Positions 1 to 9,457 of a stretch of DNA of 64,000 nt are shown here, in pieces. The stretch is from Gammaproteobacteria bacterium (lineage in GTDB: Bacteria > Pseudomonadota > Gammaproteobacteria > Steroidobacterales > Woeseiaceae). A model generated the notes under the pieces. It was given only the letters and a program-made list of their open reading frames with translations. It was not told where the DNA came from and ran no database searches. Location of the stretch: contig JAOTVR010000001.1 in assembly GCA_029863305.1 (NCBI GenBank), positions 13,904 through 77,903 of the forward strand, written 5' to 3'. Position 1 is the first letter of the stretch. Every line of letters begins with the position of its first letter. The position numbers and the translations under genes were made by a program.

Positions 1-897
1 GCTGCCAACATCGATGGGCGGTGGGAAGGCCGGATTCGCCGGGATGAATCCGAGATTATAGTAGGCCTGGAACTGTGCCACGGTCTCCGTGTAATCGAGC
101 CCTTCAAAGCCCGGAATCAGGGAATCGTAGCCGAAAACAAGCTCCTGCGCCTGGCCGTCGCTATCGATGGTGTTGTGTTCATACTTGAAGATTGCCTCGG
201 CGTCCTCGCCGACTTCCCAGGCCAGGGTGCCACGAATTGCCGTTTCTTCGCGTCGCTCTTCATCTTTGCCGCTGCTTGCATTCTCATAATAACCGCCGTA
301 TTCGGCGTAGCGCACCGCAAGACGCCCGCGCAAGGTATCGGAGAGCGGCCCAGACAACACGGCAATGGCTTCACCGTCATCGTAATCCCCATAGCGCAGG
401 GCAAGGCTTCCTTCGAATGCGTCGGTCGGTTTCGCCGTAACCAGCGATAACGCGCCGGCAATGGCGTTCTTGCCGAACAAGACGTTTTGCGGGCCGCGCA
501 GAACCTCGACCCGTTCCAGATCCATCAGCGGCATGCGCGCCAGCGGGGCGCGAGCCAGCGAAATATCGTCCATGTACATTGTGACGGATTGCTCGTACGC
601 CGGGTTCGCGCCCGTGGCGATACCGCGCATCTGCACGATGGCTCCACCGCCCGATTCGCCTTTACTGAAGTTCGGGACATACAGCGCCAGGTCGTCGAGG
701 TTGTCGATGCCGGCCTCTTCGATCTTGTCGCCGGACAGAACCGAGACAGAAATCGGCACCTCCTGCAGGCTTTGCTCTCGCTTTTGCGCCGTGACGATAA
801 TCTCGTCGAAGGCAAGTTCCTGCGCATGAGTGCCGATTGCCGAAAAGCCGACCGTAATTCCCAGCAAGACCGCCAGACCGCGTCGTAATGTGTCCAT
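1..897 (-). CDS. TonB-dependent receptor, N-terminal ~299 codons; the rest lies beyond the left window edge
   Basis: Absent from the ORF track because there is no stop inside the window. Hand translation of the reverse strand from ATG 897-895 gives MDTLRRGLAVLLGITVGFSAIGTHAQELAFDEIIVTAQKREQSLQEVPISVSVLSGDKIEEAGIDNLDDLALYVPNF...MDLERVEVLRGPQNVLFGKNAIAGALSLVTAKP. This shows a signal peptide, a TonB-box-like segment and plug-domain motifs. A G-rich SD-like stretch lies upstream. Confidence 0.85.
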   Translation of the reverse strand, partial: MDTLRRGLAVLLGITVGFSAIGTHAQELAFDEIIVTAQKREQSLQEVPISVSVLSGDKIEEAGIDNLDDLALYVPNFSKGESGGGAIVQMRGIATGANPAYEQSVTMYMDDISLARAPLARMPLMDLERVEVLRGPQNVLFGKNAIAGALSLVTAKPTDAFEGSLALRYGDYDDGEAIAVLSGPLSDTLRGRLAVRYAEYGGYYENASSGKDEERREETAIRGTLAWEVGEDAEAIFKYEHNTIDSDGQAQELVFGYDSLIPGFEGLDYTETVAQFQAYYNLGFIPANPAFPPPIDVGS

Positions 898-1141
898 CCT
901 TTATTTCCCCCTTGGGAGCCAAGATGTTGGGTTATTGCGCACCGCTGATTCGCCGATGCCCTATTCTCCGGACAGCGTAGCAAGTAGAAGCGCCAGGCTA
1001 TGTCGCGCCGGTGACACCCGGCTTGCGGCCTTCAGCTATCGATCAGGTTTCTACCCTGAAAGAGAATCGAGTGGAATTGTGGGGTGTACAGATGGGAGAC
1101 CGGCGACGCACTCGGGCCGAGCCTGCCGAATGCCACTGCGG

Positions 1142-2701
1142 TTACTCCTCGCTGTCGCGAGAAAGACACGCGTGCCGGGCCTGGTTCTGCGGCGACCGGC
1201 TCGCCGATGCAAACACTTTTTCCATGTACCCCGACAGCTCGTCGGAGATTTCCTCCGAGGACTCCGCCGAAATACCGGCCAGCGTCTTCGCAAGCTGTTT
1301 CTTGAATTCCAGCTGCATCTGCCGCGCGATCTGGATACGCTGCGCCTGCGGTGAACCTGCACCGTGCATGGATTCGGTCAGATAGCCGACCGCGTTGCGG
1401 CCCATCGTCATATTCTCGATCAGCCGCACGATTCGCAGCCTGTCTTCTGCCGCAATTTCCTTGCGGCCCTGCAGATATTTGCGAACGAGGTCGCCAATCT
1501 CGGGATGATCCAGTTCCTTCCCGGACGGCGCCGTCACCATGATGCCACCAGCCAGATCCTGCGCGAGGCGGCCGATCTCGTAGGGCATTTTCGTCACATG
1601 ATGCTTGCAGACGTTGGCGATCATGTCGTCGTTCATGTACACGCCCGACTTCATCTCGGAGGCCTGGTAACTGGACGCGATGCCCGTGCTGTAGATGGTC
1701 TCGTTGAGGTGTGTCATTTCGACGAGCTTGTCGCGGATGTGCGAAGCCTTCTCGACGCCGTTGTAGTCGGCAATGGTCGCTGCGGCACCGATCAGCGCAT
1801 CGCCGACCCCGGATTTGCAGACGTAGCTGCGGCGGTGATAGCAGGTGAAGCGTTCGACGAGCATTGCCGCAAAGTCGTATTCGCCGTCCATGAAGATATG
1901 CCTATTGGGAATGAAGACGTCATCGAAGATAACCATCGCTTCCTGGCCTGAAAACTTTGCGTTGCCAGCATCGATGTCGCCGCCTTCCATGGCGCGCGTG
2001 TCACAGGATTGCCTGCCGTATAGATAAGTGATGCCGTCGGCGTCGACCGGCAAAGCACCAATGATGGCGAATTCCTTGTCGTCAGGTCCGAGCCGCAAGG
2101 TCGGCATCACGATCATCCAGTGAGAATTGATACAGCCTGTCTGGTGAGCTTTGGCACCGCGAATGTAAACGCCCTCATCGCTGCGTTTGCTTACCCGCAC
2201 GAACATATCGGGATCATCCTGCTCATGCGGCGCTTTACTTCGATCACCTTTGACGTCGGTCATTGCGCCGCCGATAACGAAGCCCTGCTGCTGCGCCATC
2301 CTGACAAATTCGAGGAAGCGCTTGTGGTAGCTGGTGCCGTGTGCCTCGTCGATTTCGAACGTCACAGAATGCAAGGAATTGAGCGCATCCATGCCCACGC
2401 AGCGCTGAAAACAGGTGCCCGTCAACTGACCGAGGCGCCGCTGCATCTTGTTCTGCATGACGAGGTCCTCGGGACTTTCGGCAATATGCAAAAACCGATT
2501 GATGCGTTCTCCCGTATACGGCGACACCGCCGTGCCGAGTTCCGGGCTGCGCACGGCCAGGTCGTATGTCTCGGCAACCGCGTTGATCGACGGCCGAATG
2601 ATCGGATGGTCGACCGGTTCGTCGATTGTCTCGCCAAGCAGGTAGACGCTCAGATTGCGGCCGCGCAGGCTCTCGATATAGTCCGCTCCGGTTTTGATCA
2701 T
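1142..2701 (-). CDS. abfD: 4-hydroxybutyryl-CoA dehydratase / vinylacetyl-CoA isomerase-like enzyme (AbfD / HpaB superfamily)
   Basis: Start taken at internal MIKTGADYIESLR. The ORF-track extension to 2848 is Arg/Cys-rich junk that overlaps the SDR gene. Motifs match my recollection of AbfD along the whole length: TCFQRCVGMDA, GGAMTDVKGDR, RGAKAHQTG, YGRQSCDTR, YHRRSYVCKSGVGD, ESMHGAGSPQAQRI. The ATG overlaps the SDR stop (ATGA at 2698-2701). Confidence 0.75.
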   Translation of the reverse strand: MIKTGADYIESLRGRNLSVYLLGETIDEPVDHPIIRPSINAVAETYDLAVRSPELGTAVSPYTGERINRFLHIAESPEDLVMQNKMQRRLGQLTGTCFQRCVGMDALNSLHSVTFEIDEAHGTSYHKRFLEFVRMAQQQGFVIGGAMTDVKGDRSKAPHEQDDPDMFVRVSKRSDEGVYIRGAKAHQTGCINSHWMIVMPTLRLGPDDKEFAIIGALPVDADGITYLYGRQSCDTRAMEGGDIDAGNAKFSGQEAMVIFDDVFIPNRHIFMDGEYDFAAMLVERFTCYHRRSYVCKSGVGDALIGAAATIADYNGVEKASHIRDKLVEMTHLNETIYSTGIASSYQASEMKSGVYMNDDMIANVCKHHVTKMPYEIGRLAQDLAGGIMVTAPSGKELDHPEIGDLVRKYLQGRKEIAAEDRLRIVRLIENMTMGRNAVGYLTESMHGAGSPQAQRIQIARQMQLEFKKQLAKTLAGISAESSEEISDELSGYMEKVFASASRSPQNQARHACLSRDSEE

Positions 2702-3522
2702 TGCTGCTCTCCTGCAAGCCTGCGGCGGAAGCGCTGCATACCGCGAATCCAGCGATCGTGGTCGGCAGCCTTGCGTTGAAAATAGTCTCTGGCTTGCGGA
2801 TGCGGCAAGATCATGAACCGACCTGCAGCAAGGCCGTCGACGACGCAATCGGCCACTTCCCGCGCAGAGAGTATGCCGTCAACTTCGTTGCCACCAAAAC
2901 CGCCTTCCGTCGTATCCGAGTCGTCTTCGATGCCGATCATGCGCGTGGCAACGGCTTGCGGACAAACTACCGAGACGCGGATGCCCGCATCGCCATGCGT
3001 AATGGCGAGTGATTCCGCGAAGCCGACGGCGGCATGTTTCGTCGCCGTGTACGCGGCATCGCCGATCTGTGCCAACAGACCCGCCGCCGACGCGACGTTG
3101 ACGAGATAGCCACCGCCCCGGCCCAGCATACGTGGCAGCAAGGCCCGCGCCGCGTAAACATGCGCCATGACATTGACTTGCCAGCACGCTTCCCAACGGT
3201 CATCGCTGGCGTGCATACCGCCGTGCTTCGACGCAGCATTATCATCTGCATCGCCGAACCCAACGCCTGCATTCGAGACGAACAGGTCGATCTCGCCGAT
3301 GTCGTTTTCTACGCGTTCAACCAGAGCAGCAACAGCAGTCTCGTCTGCGACATCGACACCGATCGCGATGCCTTGCATTTCTGCAGCAACTTCTTCTGCT
3401 GCAGCCAGGTCCAGATCGGCCACGACGACAATGGCGCCGTCATCATGCAGCCGGCGACAAAGTGCGCGCCCGATGCCATGACCGCCGCCCGTGACAACCG
3501 CGATGTTTATGTCGGCGATCAC
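2698..3522 (-). CDS. Short-chain dehydrogenase/reductase (SDR)
   Basis: N-terminal VVTGGGHGIGRAL (TGxxxGxG) and catalytic YTATKHA (YxxxK). Length is 274 aa. Confidence 0.85.
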   Translation of the reverse strand: MIADINIAVVTGGGHGIGRALCRRLHDDGAIVVVADLDLAAAEEVAAEMQGIAIGVDVADETAVAALVERVENDIGEIDLFVSNAGVGFGDADDNAASKHGGMHASDDRWEACWQVNVMAHVYAARALLPRMLGRGGGYLVNVASAAGLLAQIGDAAYTATKHAAVGFAESLAITHGDAGIRVSVVCPQAVATRMIGIEDDSDTTEGGFGGNEVDGILSAREVADCVVDGLAAGRFMILPHPQARDYFQRKAADHDRWIRGMQRFRRRLAGEQQ

Positions 3523-3531
3523 ATCAGTTTC

Positions 3532-4551
3532 CTAGTCGAGATCTGCCAGCTGCACAATTTGCTTGCCGGTGTTTCGGCCCTTCAGCATGTCGATGAATGC
3601 CTGCGGCGCATTCTCGATGCCTTCGGCGACAGACTCGCGATAGTTGAGCTTGCCTTCCTTCAACCAGCCGATGGCCTTGCGAACATACTCGTCACACCAT
3701 TTCGGATGATCACTGACGATAAAGCCTCGAATAGTGAGGCGCCGGCCAACGATGAGCATCATTCCGCGCGGGCCCGGCTGCGGTTCATCGAGGTTGTAAT
3801 CGGCGATCATGCCGCATAGCGCTATGCGGCCATAATCACGCATGCTCCAAAGCGCCGCTTCGAAGATTTCTCCGCCAACATTTTCGAACAGTACATCAAT
3901 ACCTTTGGGACACGCTGCTCGCACACTGTCGGGAAGCGAATCACTGGTTTTGTAATTAAACGCCGTGTTGTAGCCGAACTCATCCTTGAGCAAAGCGACT
4001 TTTTCGTCGCTTCCCGCGCTGCCGGCAACGTGACAGCCGTGAATACTGGCCAGCTGTCCCACGACACTGCCGACCGCACCGGATGCGGCGGTGACGAAGA
4101 CATTATCGCCCTTTTTCGCTGCAGCGATTTTCATCAAACCGACATATGCGGTCATGCCCGGCATGCCGAGAATGCCCAGATGGTAGGACAATGGCGCAGG
4201 CCCCGACGGAATCTGGCGCAACAGGCGGCCGTCACTGACGGAATAGTTCTCCCAGCCCAGCATCCCTGTGACCAGGTCGCCCTCCTGCAGGCCATCGAAC
4301 CTGCTTTCCACAACCTGTGAGACGACACCGGCCTGCAATACCTCTCCAATCCGGAACGGCGGAATATAGGATCTGACGTCGTTCATTCGTCCGCGCATGT
4401 ACGGGTCGACGGACATGTAGATGTTGCGCACCAGCACCTCGCCATCGGCCGGCCTGGGAATAGCTTCCTCGCTAACGCTGAAGTTCTCGGCAGTAACCCA
4501 TCCAGATGGGCGGCTTGCGAGTCTGATTTGCTTATTGGTTTTTTCGGTCAC
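3532..4551 (-). CDS. NADP-dependent oxidoreductase, medium-chain reductase family (YncB/CurA/alkenal-reductase-like)
   Basis: N-terminus NKQIRLASRPSGWVTAENF...LVRNIYMSVDPYMRGRM and the nucleotide-binding stretch VFVTAASGAVGSVVGQLA are typical of this family. The gene lies 9 nt upstream of the SDR gene. Confidence 0.85.
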   Translation of the reverse strand: MTEKTNKQIRLASRPSGWVTAENFSVSEEAIPRPADGEVLVRNIYMSVDPYMRGRMNDVRSYIPPFRIGEVLQAGVVSQVVESRFDGLQEGDLVTGMLGWENYSVSDGRLLRQIPSGPAPLSYHLGILGMPGMTAYVGLMKIAAAKKGDNVFVTAASGAVGSVVGQLASIHGCHVAGSAGSDEKVALLKDEFGYNTAFNYKTSDSLPDSVRAACPKGIDVLFENVGGEIFEAALWSMRDYGRIALCGMIADYNLDEPQPGPRGMMLIVGRRLTIRGFIVSDHPKWCDEYVRKAIGWLKEGKLNYRESVAEGIENAPQAFIDMLKGRNTGKQIVQLADLD

Positions 4552-4644
4552 AATTTAAAACTCCGTTTTATTGTAGCTGGTACGCAGCTTCCACGGTTGC
4601 AATGGTCGATGCGCAAACATACTGTAGGCTAAGGAGGTGGTCCA

Positions 4645-5028
4645 ATGAATCAACGTCTTGAATTGCTCGTGTTCGCAGTATTGCTCGCCAGCTGCGGACC
4701 AACAGCTCAGGATTCGGTGCCACAAATGCCGCCCGACCCGGCGAGTGCGGCGTCGAATGATCCTGTTTGGCTGTCGGGGAAAAAGGCCTACGATGAAAAC
4801 TGCGCGTACTGCCACGAACAGGGGCTTGACGGCGCACCCAGGACCGGTGACCAGGAGGCCTGGGACGGACGCTCGTGGCTGTGGGAAGCCGTTCTTTTTG
4901 AGCACGCCAGGACTGGCTTTGGGGAAATGCCCGCGAAAGGCGGCGACGCCACGTTAGACGAAGCAGCTGTCACCAAAGCGGCCGAATACATGTTGAACCT
5001 GACCTACCCGGACACCCACAGGGACTGA
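4645..5028 (+). CDS. Cytochrome c5-family c-type cytochrome, probable lipoprotein
   Basis: Single haem motif CAYCH followed by GLDGAPRTGDQEAW and a later GEMPAKGG. Lipobox-like LLASC. Strong SD (AAGGAGG) 7 nt upstream of the ATG. Confidence 0.8.
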   Translation: MNQRLELLVFAVLLASCGPTAQDSVPQMPPDPASAASNDPVWLSGKKAYDENCAYCHEQGLDGAPRTGDQEAWDGRSWLWEAVLFEHARTGFGEMPAKGGDATLDEAAVTKAAEYMLNLTYPDTHRD

Positions 5029-5062
5029 GATGGCCAGGGCGTCTTGTCCGTGATCGTCCGCT

Positions 5063-6343
5063 TTAGAGCTTGTCTTTGAGGGAATAATAAAGCATGCCGA
5101 GCAACATGCCCGGGTAACGCAATAGCGTGCCACCAGGAAACGTGTAGGTCGGCAGGCTCGCCATAACATCGAAACGAGTGGCAGTTCCGCCGATTGCTTC
5201 CGCGATAAGCTTGCCCGCAAAGTTCGATATTGCGACACCGTGTCCCGAATACCCCTGGGCGAAAAACAGGTTGGGCTCCAGGCGGCCGAGATGCGGCAAG
5301 CGATTGACCGTAACCGACAAGGTTCCGCCCCAGGCATAGTCGACGCGCACATCGTCGAGTTGTGGAAATAACCTGAGCATGTAGGGTCGGACGAATGCGG
5401 CGATGTCCGCTGGGAAACCGCTGCGATAGTTTTCGCCGCCACCGAACAACAGGCGGTGATCTTCCGACGTGCGGAAGTAATCCACAACAAAGCGCGTGTC
5501 ATGCACGCAGATCCGGTCCGCGATTAATTCGCGCGCCCGCGTCTCGCCAAGTGGTTCGGTCGCGAGCATGAAGTTGTTGATCGGCATGATCTTCCCGGCT
5601 ACTCGGGGCTCGAGTCTGCCAAGGTATCCGTTACAGCCAAGCACAATGAACGACGCCTCGACCTGCCCGCGCTGCGTTGACACCACGGAAGGATCATCCC
5701 TCGTATAACGGGTGACACGAGAGTTCTCGAATATACGCACGCCTGCTGCACGCGCAGCCTCAGCCAGTCCCAGTGCATAGTTAAGTGGGTGCAGCGACAT
5801 CGCCTTGGCGTCGTACAAACCCTCGAGAAAGTCGTCGGTTGCGACAAGAGCACGCGTCTCTTCGCGACTCAGCGCCCGCGCATACGGGTAGTCATATCGC
5901 TCAGCCAGGGCAGCCGCATATTTTTCGGCATGTCCCGTATAGCTCTTCTTGTGTACACCCTCTATCTGGCCATACTGCAAGTCACAGGCGATATCATGTT
6001 TCGCGACGCGTTCGCGAATCTCTGTTTTTGCGGCCTCCGCAATGTCCCACAGCTGTCGTGACCGCTCGAAACCGAACTGCTGTTCCATTTCCAGCGCATC
6101 CTTGCGTTGCCCACTGCCGATCAGTCCGCCATTACGCCCCGATGCGCCAAAACCGATGCGCTCGGCTTCGAGCAGCACGACGTCGAATCCTTGCTCCGCC
6201 AGATTCAACGCTGCAGAGAGTCCGGTATAGCCGCCGCCAATGACGCAGACATCGGCGCGCTCGGCACCAGCAAGCTGCGGATGCTCAAATACTCCAACCG
6301 CGGTTGCTGCGTAGTAGCCCTCTGGATAACCCGTAAGATTCAT
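5063..6343 (-). CDS. FAD-dependent oxidoreductase, gamma-glutamylputrescine oxidase (PuuB)-like
   Basis: Start taken at MNLTGYPEGYYAATA. Motifs VCVIGGGYTGLSAALNLAEQGFDV, IGFGASGRNGG and the C-terminal YYSLKDKL parallel E. coli PuuB as I recall it. The upstream ORF-track extension to 6496 looks non-coding. Confidence 0.8.
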   Translation of the reverse strand: MNLTGYPEGYYAATAVGVFEHPQLAGAERADVCVIGGGYTGLSAALNLAEQGFDVVLLEAERIGFGASGRNGGLIGSGQRKDALEMEQQFGFERSRQLWDIAEAAKTEIRERVAKHDIACDLQYGQIEGVHKKSYTGHAEKYAAALAERYDYPYARALSREETRALVATDDFLEGLYDAKAMSLHPLNYALGLAEAARAAGVRIFENSRVTRYTRDDPSVVSTQRGQVEASFIVLGCNGYLGRLEPRVAGKIMPINNFMLATEPLGETRARELIADRICVHDTRFVVDYFRTSEDHRLLFGGGENYRSGFPADIAAFVRPYMLRLFPQLDDVRVDYAWGGTLSVTVNRLPHLGRLEPNLFFAQGYSGHGVAISNFAGKLIAEAIGGTATRFDVMASLPTYTFPGGTLLRYPGMLLGMLYYSLKDKL

Positions 6344-6559
6344 CAGCTCGTCGCACCTGCTGTAGTGAGTGTGATCGCTGCCATAATAACGGAGACACAT
6401 CCGATGAACGATACGCAGACGACCCGGCGTAGATTTCTTGTTGCTGCATTCGCGGAGGATCCCGACGACCTCGCTGTGATGAGCCGCTTCGCACAACGGT
6501 TGTTTCCGCGCGAGGGGCTGGCGGACAGCGAATGACGCCGAAGTCTTTGTAATGGATTG

Positions 6560-7918
6560 TCAGACGGACGACTGTGGCCGTATTGGCGTGCCATCGAAGA
6601 ACCGACTCAGGCGAAATTGGTCAAGCGGGATACCGACATCATTCCCCGTGAGCATGGCCGCAATCGCTTTGCCAGCGCCCGGCCCGATACCGAAGCCGTG
6701 GCCGCTGAATCCGGTCGCGATATGAAACCCGGGAATACTGGCCGTTTCCTCAATAATCGGCACCACATCAGGCGACGTCTCGACCATACCGGCCCATGCC
6801 TCGACGATTTCCGTTCCGGCCAGTTGCGGAAAAACGGTATCGATATTTCTGCGAATGCCCTTGACGGCGCGCGGATTCGGCTCGGGATTCAGGACTCGCA
6901 TCTTCTCGAACGGCGACGTCTCATCGAGCGCCCAGGTCTTCGGCGTCCGCCATTCGTCAATGAAGTTACGACCGATCGATAGCCGCAGGCCCTTGTGCTC
7001 GAGTCGCAGCGCCGGCAGGAACTTGAACGCGTAACGAAACGTCGACGGCGTGATCGGATGATCGAGCAGGGTGCCGTGTGCGACCGAGTAACCGCCGTCC
7101 TGCCGACGCCGGATGCCGATTCGGTCATCAAAAACATTGCCGTCCAGCACGCTTGCAGCCGGCGCCGTGCGGACAACCGTGCCACGCACTTTGAGTTGCG
7201 GCACGGCGACGCCGAGCGAGCGGCAAAACAGCGCCGTCCAGGCGCCGGCAGCGCAAAGGACGATCGATGTCCTGATCCTGCCGTGCTCGGTCATCACCGC
7301 CGACACCCGCCCGGCTTCCGTGTCGATACCACGCACCGCACAGGCGGTCAGTATGGTCGCACCATTTCGGGTGGCCGCACGCGAAATCGCAGGTGCCGCT
7401 TTATGGGGCTCTGCACGCCCGTCACTCGCTGTGTATAGCCCGCCCTTCCACGAAACGGCGGCGCCGCGAACATGCTGCTTCAGTTCGGTGCTGGACAGTA
7501 CTCGAGTATCGAGGCCGTACTCGGCTGCCGTCTCGAGCCATTTCGCGTACCCCTCGAGTTGTTCCTCGCTGCTTGCCGTGAACAGACAACCCGTTTGCGC
7601 GTAGCCGACGTCCTCACCGATCTCCGCGGCCAGTCCACGCCAGATATTCAGGCTCTCCACGATCATCGGCATCTCGCGCGTGTCGCGGGCCTGCTGCCGC
7701 ACCCAACCCCAATTGCGGCCGGATTGCTCGCCGGCAATATGACCCTTTTCACAGAGCACCACGTTGACACCCTGCCTGGAGAGAAACCAGGCGGTCGAAA
7801 CGCCGACGATGCCGCCGCCGATGATCACCACGTCGGCCGATGCGGGTATGTCCGCAGGCGGCTCCATCGGACCTGTCCAGGTCTTCGCAACAAGATCGGC
7901 TGGTGCGGCGTCAAACAT
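6560..7918 (-). CDS. FAD-dependent oxidoreductase (DAO / D-amino-acid-dehydrogenase-type)
   Basis: VVIIGGGIVGVSTAWFLSRQGVNVVLCEKG dinucleotide fold, then GEQSGRNWGWVR, and C-terminal ATGFSGHGFGIGPGAG. Confidence 0.8.
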   Translation of the reverse strand: MFDAAPADLVAKTWTGPMEPPADIPASADVVIIGGGIVGVSTAWFLSRQGVNVVLCEKGHIAGEQSGRNWGWVRQQARDTREMPMIVESLNIWRGLAAEIGEDVGYAQTGCLFTASSEEQLEGYAKWLETAAEYGLDTRVLSSTELKQHVRGAAVSWKGGLYTASDGRAEPHKAAPAISRAATRNGATILTACAVRGIDTEAGRVSAVMTEHGRIRTSIVLCAAGAWTALFCRSLGVAVPQLKVRGTVVRTAPAASVLDGNVFDDRIGIRRRQDGGYSVAHGTLLDHPITPSTFRYAFKFLPALRLEHKGLRLSIGRNFIDEWRTPKTWALDETSPFEKMRVLNPEPNPRAVKGIRRNIDTVFPQLAGTEIVEAWAGMVETSPDVVPIIEETASIPGFHIATGFSGHGFGIGPGAGKAIAAMLTGNDVGIPLDQFRLSRFFDGTPIRPQSSV

Positions 7919-7958
7919 ATCGGTAGAGTCTCGAAAGATATTTCAAGTATGCACAACT

Positions 7959-8525
7959 ATGGATATTGATGCCCCGCTTCGCGAATTAGGCGAAATCGAT
8001 ACGAGCGCTTTGCGTGAGGCCATCCTCGCGCAGGACGAGGCCGCATGGCACGAAGATGAGTATCGCCAGCAGTCCTATGACGTCCATCTCGAGACGCAAT
8101 CGATCGTGCTCGTTTTCACAGACGGATCAGGGTGGCCGGACGCCGAAGTGCGCAAGGAGCCGGGCTGGGACCGGCTCGCCGACGTCGCCGTGCCCGTGAT
8201 GCACGAAATTATTGAAAAGCACTATCCCAAAGGCGGCACCATCATCCGTGCGATGGCCGCGAAGTTGCTCGCCGGTGGAAAAATCACGCCGCATGTCGAC
8301 CAGCATCCATCGTTCCATTGCGGACACAGAATTCACGTGCCGATAACGACCAATTCGCGAGTGCGGTTCATGATCGACGGCCGTCCGTACCAGTTCCAGG
8401 TCGGTCAGGCATATGAACTCAATAACCAGAAACAGCACAGCGTGATGAACAAGGGCAAGGAAGACCGCATCACGTTCATCTTCGACTACGTGCCGCCAGG
8501 CCCGCTCGCCGTACAGTCAAGCTAG
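7959..8525 (+). CDS. Aspartyl/asparaginyl beta-hydroxylase-family 2OG/Fe(II) oxygenase
   Basis: Start at MDIDAPLREL (ATG 7959); the upstream part of ORF 7764 overlaps the divergent gene. Motifs ITPHVDQHPSFHCGHRIHVPI and QHSVMNKGKEDRITFIFDY supply HxD, a distal His and an Arg. Confidence 0.7.
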   Translation: MDIDAPLRELGEIDTSALREAILAQDEAAWHEDEYRQQSYDVHLETQSIVLVFTDGSGWPDAEVRKEPGWDRLADVAVPVMHEIIEKHYPKGGTIIRAMAAKLLAGGKITPHVDQHPSFHCGHRIHVPITTNSRVRFMIDGRPYQFQVGQAYELNNQKQHSVMNKGKEDRITFIFDYVPPGPLAVQSS

Positions 8526-9437
8526 GTGCTATTGAAGACGCTCAGAGATGCCTTGCGATCCGAGGAGCTGACGCTGACAGCCGAACTTTCGCTCAGTCCG
8601 CGCCAGGGCCCGAAGTCGATCACCGAGCAGGCGCGTGCGCTTGCCGCGGTGACGGACGCGATCCAGATTCCCGATCACCGACACGCCCGTCCGCACATAT
8701 CCAACATCGCCGTCGCTGCCTTGCTGTTGCAGAACGGTATCGATCCAGTCATTCAGATGAATTGCCGGGACCGCAATCGTATTGCATTACAAAGCGACAT
8801 ACTCGGCGCACAGGCGCTCGGCGCCAGCAATTTGTTGATGCTGCGCGGCACGAACTTCCCGGCGGATCATCGGCCGCGCTCAACCGGCGTATTCGACGTC
8901 GGCGCGATTGACCTCATTGCGACAGCCGCCGCGATTCGGGATGAAGCGGTTTTCGGGGACACGAAACCAGCCGGCGCGCCAGAATTGTACCTCGGCACGG
9001 TCGCCACGGCATTCGATCCGGCCGATGACTGGGAACCGGAAAAGTTGACGTCGAAGGTCGACGCCGGAGCCCAGTTCATTCAGCTGCAATTGTGCATGGA
9101 TCCGGATCTGTTGCGTGCTTACATGTCCAGAATCGTCGCATCGAAACTCACCTGGCGAATCCAGGTACTGGTCGGATTAGCCGTGCTGCCCTCGGCAGAC
9201 GCGGCTCGCGAACTGCGCAAAGCCCGTCCGGATTCCGTGATTCCCGCCGCGCTGGTGCAGAGACTTGAGCGCGCCGCAGACCCCGAGGCTGAAGGCGTGC
9301 AGGTTTGCGCCGAGCTGCTGCAGGAAGTGGCGGACATTCCCGGCCTTGCCGGCGTCGCGTTGCTGACGCCGGGCAAGGCCGAAAGCATTCCGGCAGCGAT
9401 TCATGCGTCGGGAATTCGCTCGCGAGCCGACCGTTGA
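8526..9437 (+). CDS. Methylenetetrahydrofolate reductase (MTHFR/MetF)-family protein
   Basis: The GTG start directly abuts the TAG stop of the previous gene. IQMNCRDRNRIALQSDILGAQALGASNLLMLRG resembles the MetF HLTCRD...ILALRGD region. Confidence 0.65.
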   Translation: MLLKTLRDALRSEELTLTAELSLSPRQGPKSITEQARALAAVTDAIQIPDHRHARPHISNIAVAALLLQNGIDPVIQMNCRDRNRIALQSDILGAQALGASNLLMLRGTNFPADHRPRSTGVFDVGAIDLIATAAAIRDEAVFGDTKPAGAPELYLGTVATAFDPADDWEPEKLTSKVDAGAQFIQLQLCMDPDLLRAYMSRIVASKLTWRIQVLVGLAVLPSADAARELRKARPDSVIPAALVQRLERAADPEAEGVQVCAELLQEVADIPGLAGVALLTPGKAESIPAAIHASGIRSRADR

Positions 9438-9457
9438 ACGTCAAACAGTCGGCCGTG

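Noticed and set aside
1093-1138. Cobalamin-riboswitch-like words (GGAGACCGGC and GCCACTG) near a TonB-dependent receptor gene
   Set aside because: They are on the + strand whereas the receptor is on the - strand. Their order, with the B12-box-like word before GCCACTG, is the reverse of the riboswitch consensus. The other conserved segments are missing. Treated as chance.
2702-2848. N-terminal extensions given by the ORF track for several minus-strand genes (also 6344-6496, 28290-28496, 31573-31662, 51946-52062, 54222-54242) and plus-strand genes (7764-7958, 9305-9457, 15915-15980, 57062-57124, 59771-59836)
   Set aside because: The extensions overlap the upstream gene or the promoter and are Arg/Cys-rich. 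Each internal Met lies just N-terminal of the first recognisable conserved family motif, often with a start/stop overlap.
6404-6535. 43-codon + strand ORF with an SD (GGAGA) and a twin-arginine-like TRRRFLVAAFA
   Set aside because: The hydrophobic stretch after RR is only 7 residues and runs straight into EDPDD, so it is too short for a Tat signal. The ORF lies in the promoter region of the PuuB-like gene on the opposite strand, and I cannot show conservation. Worth a tblastn check but not reportable as a gene.
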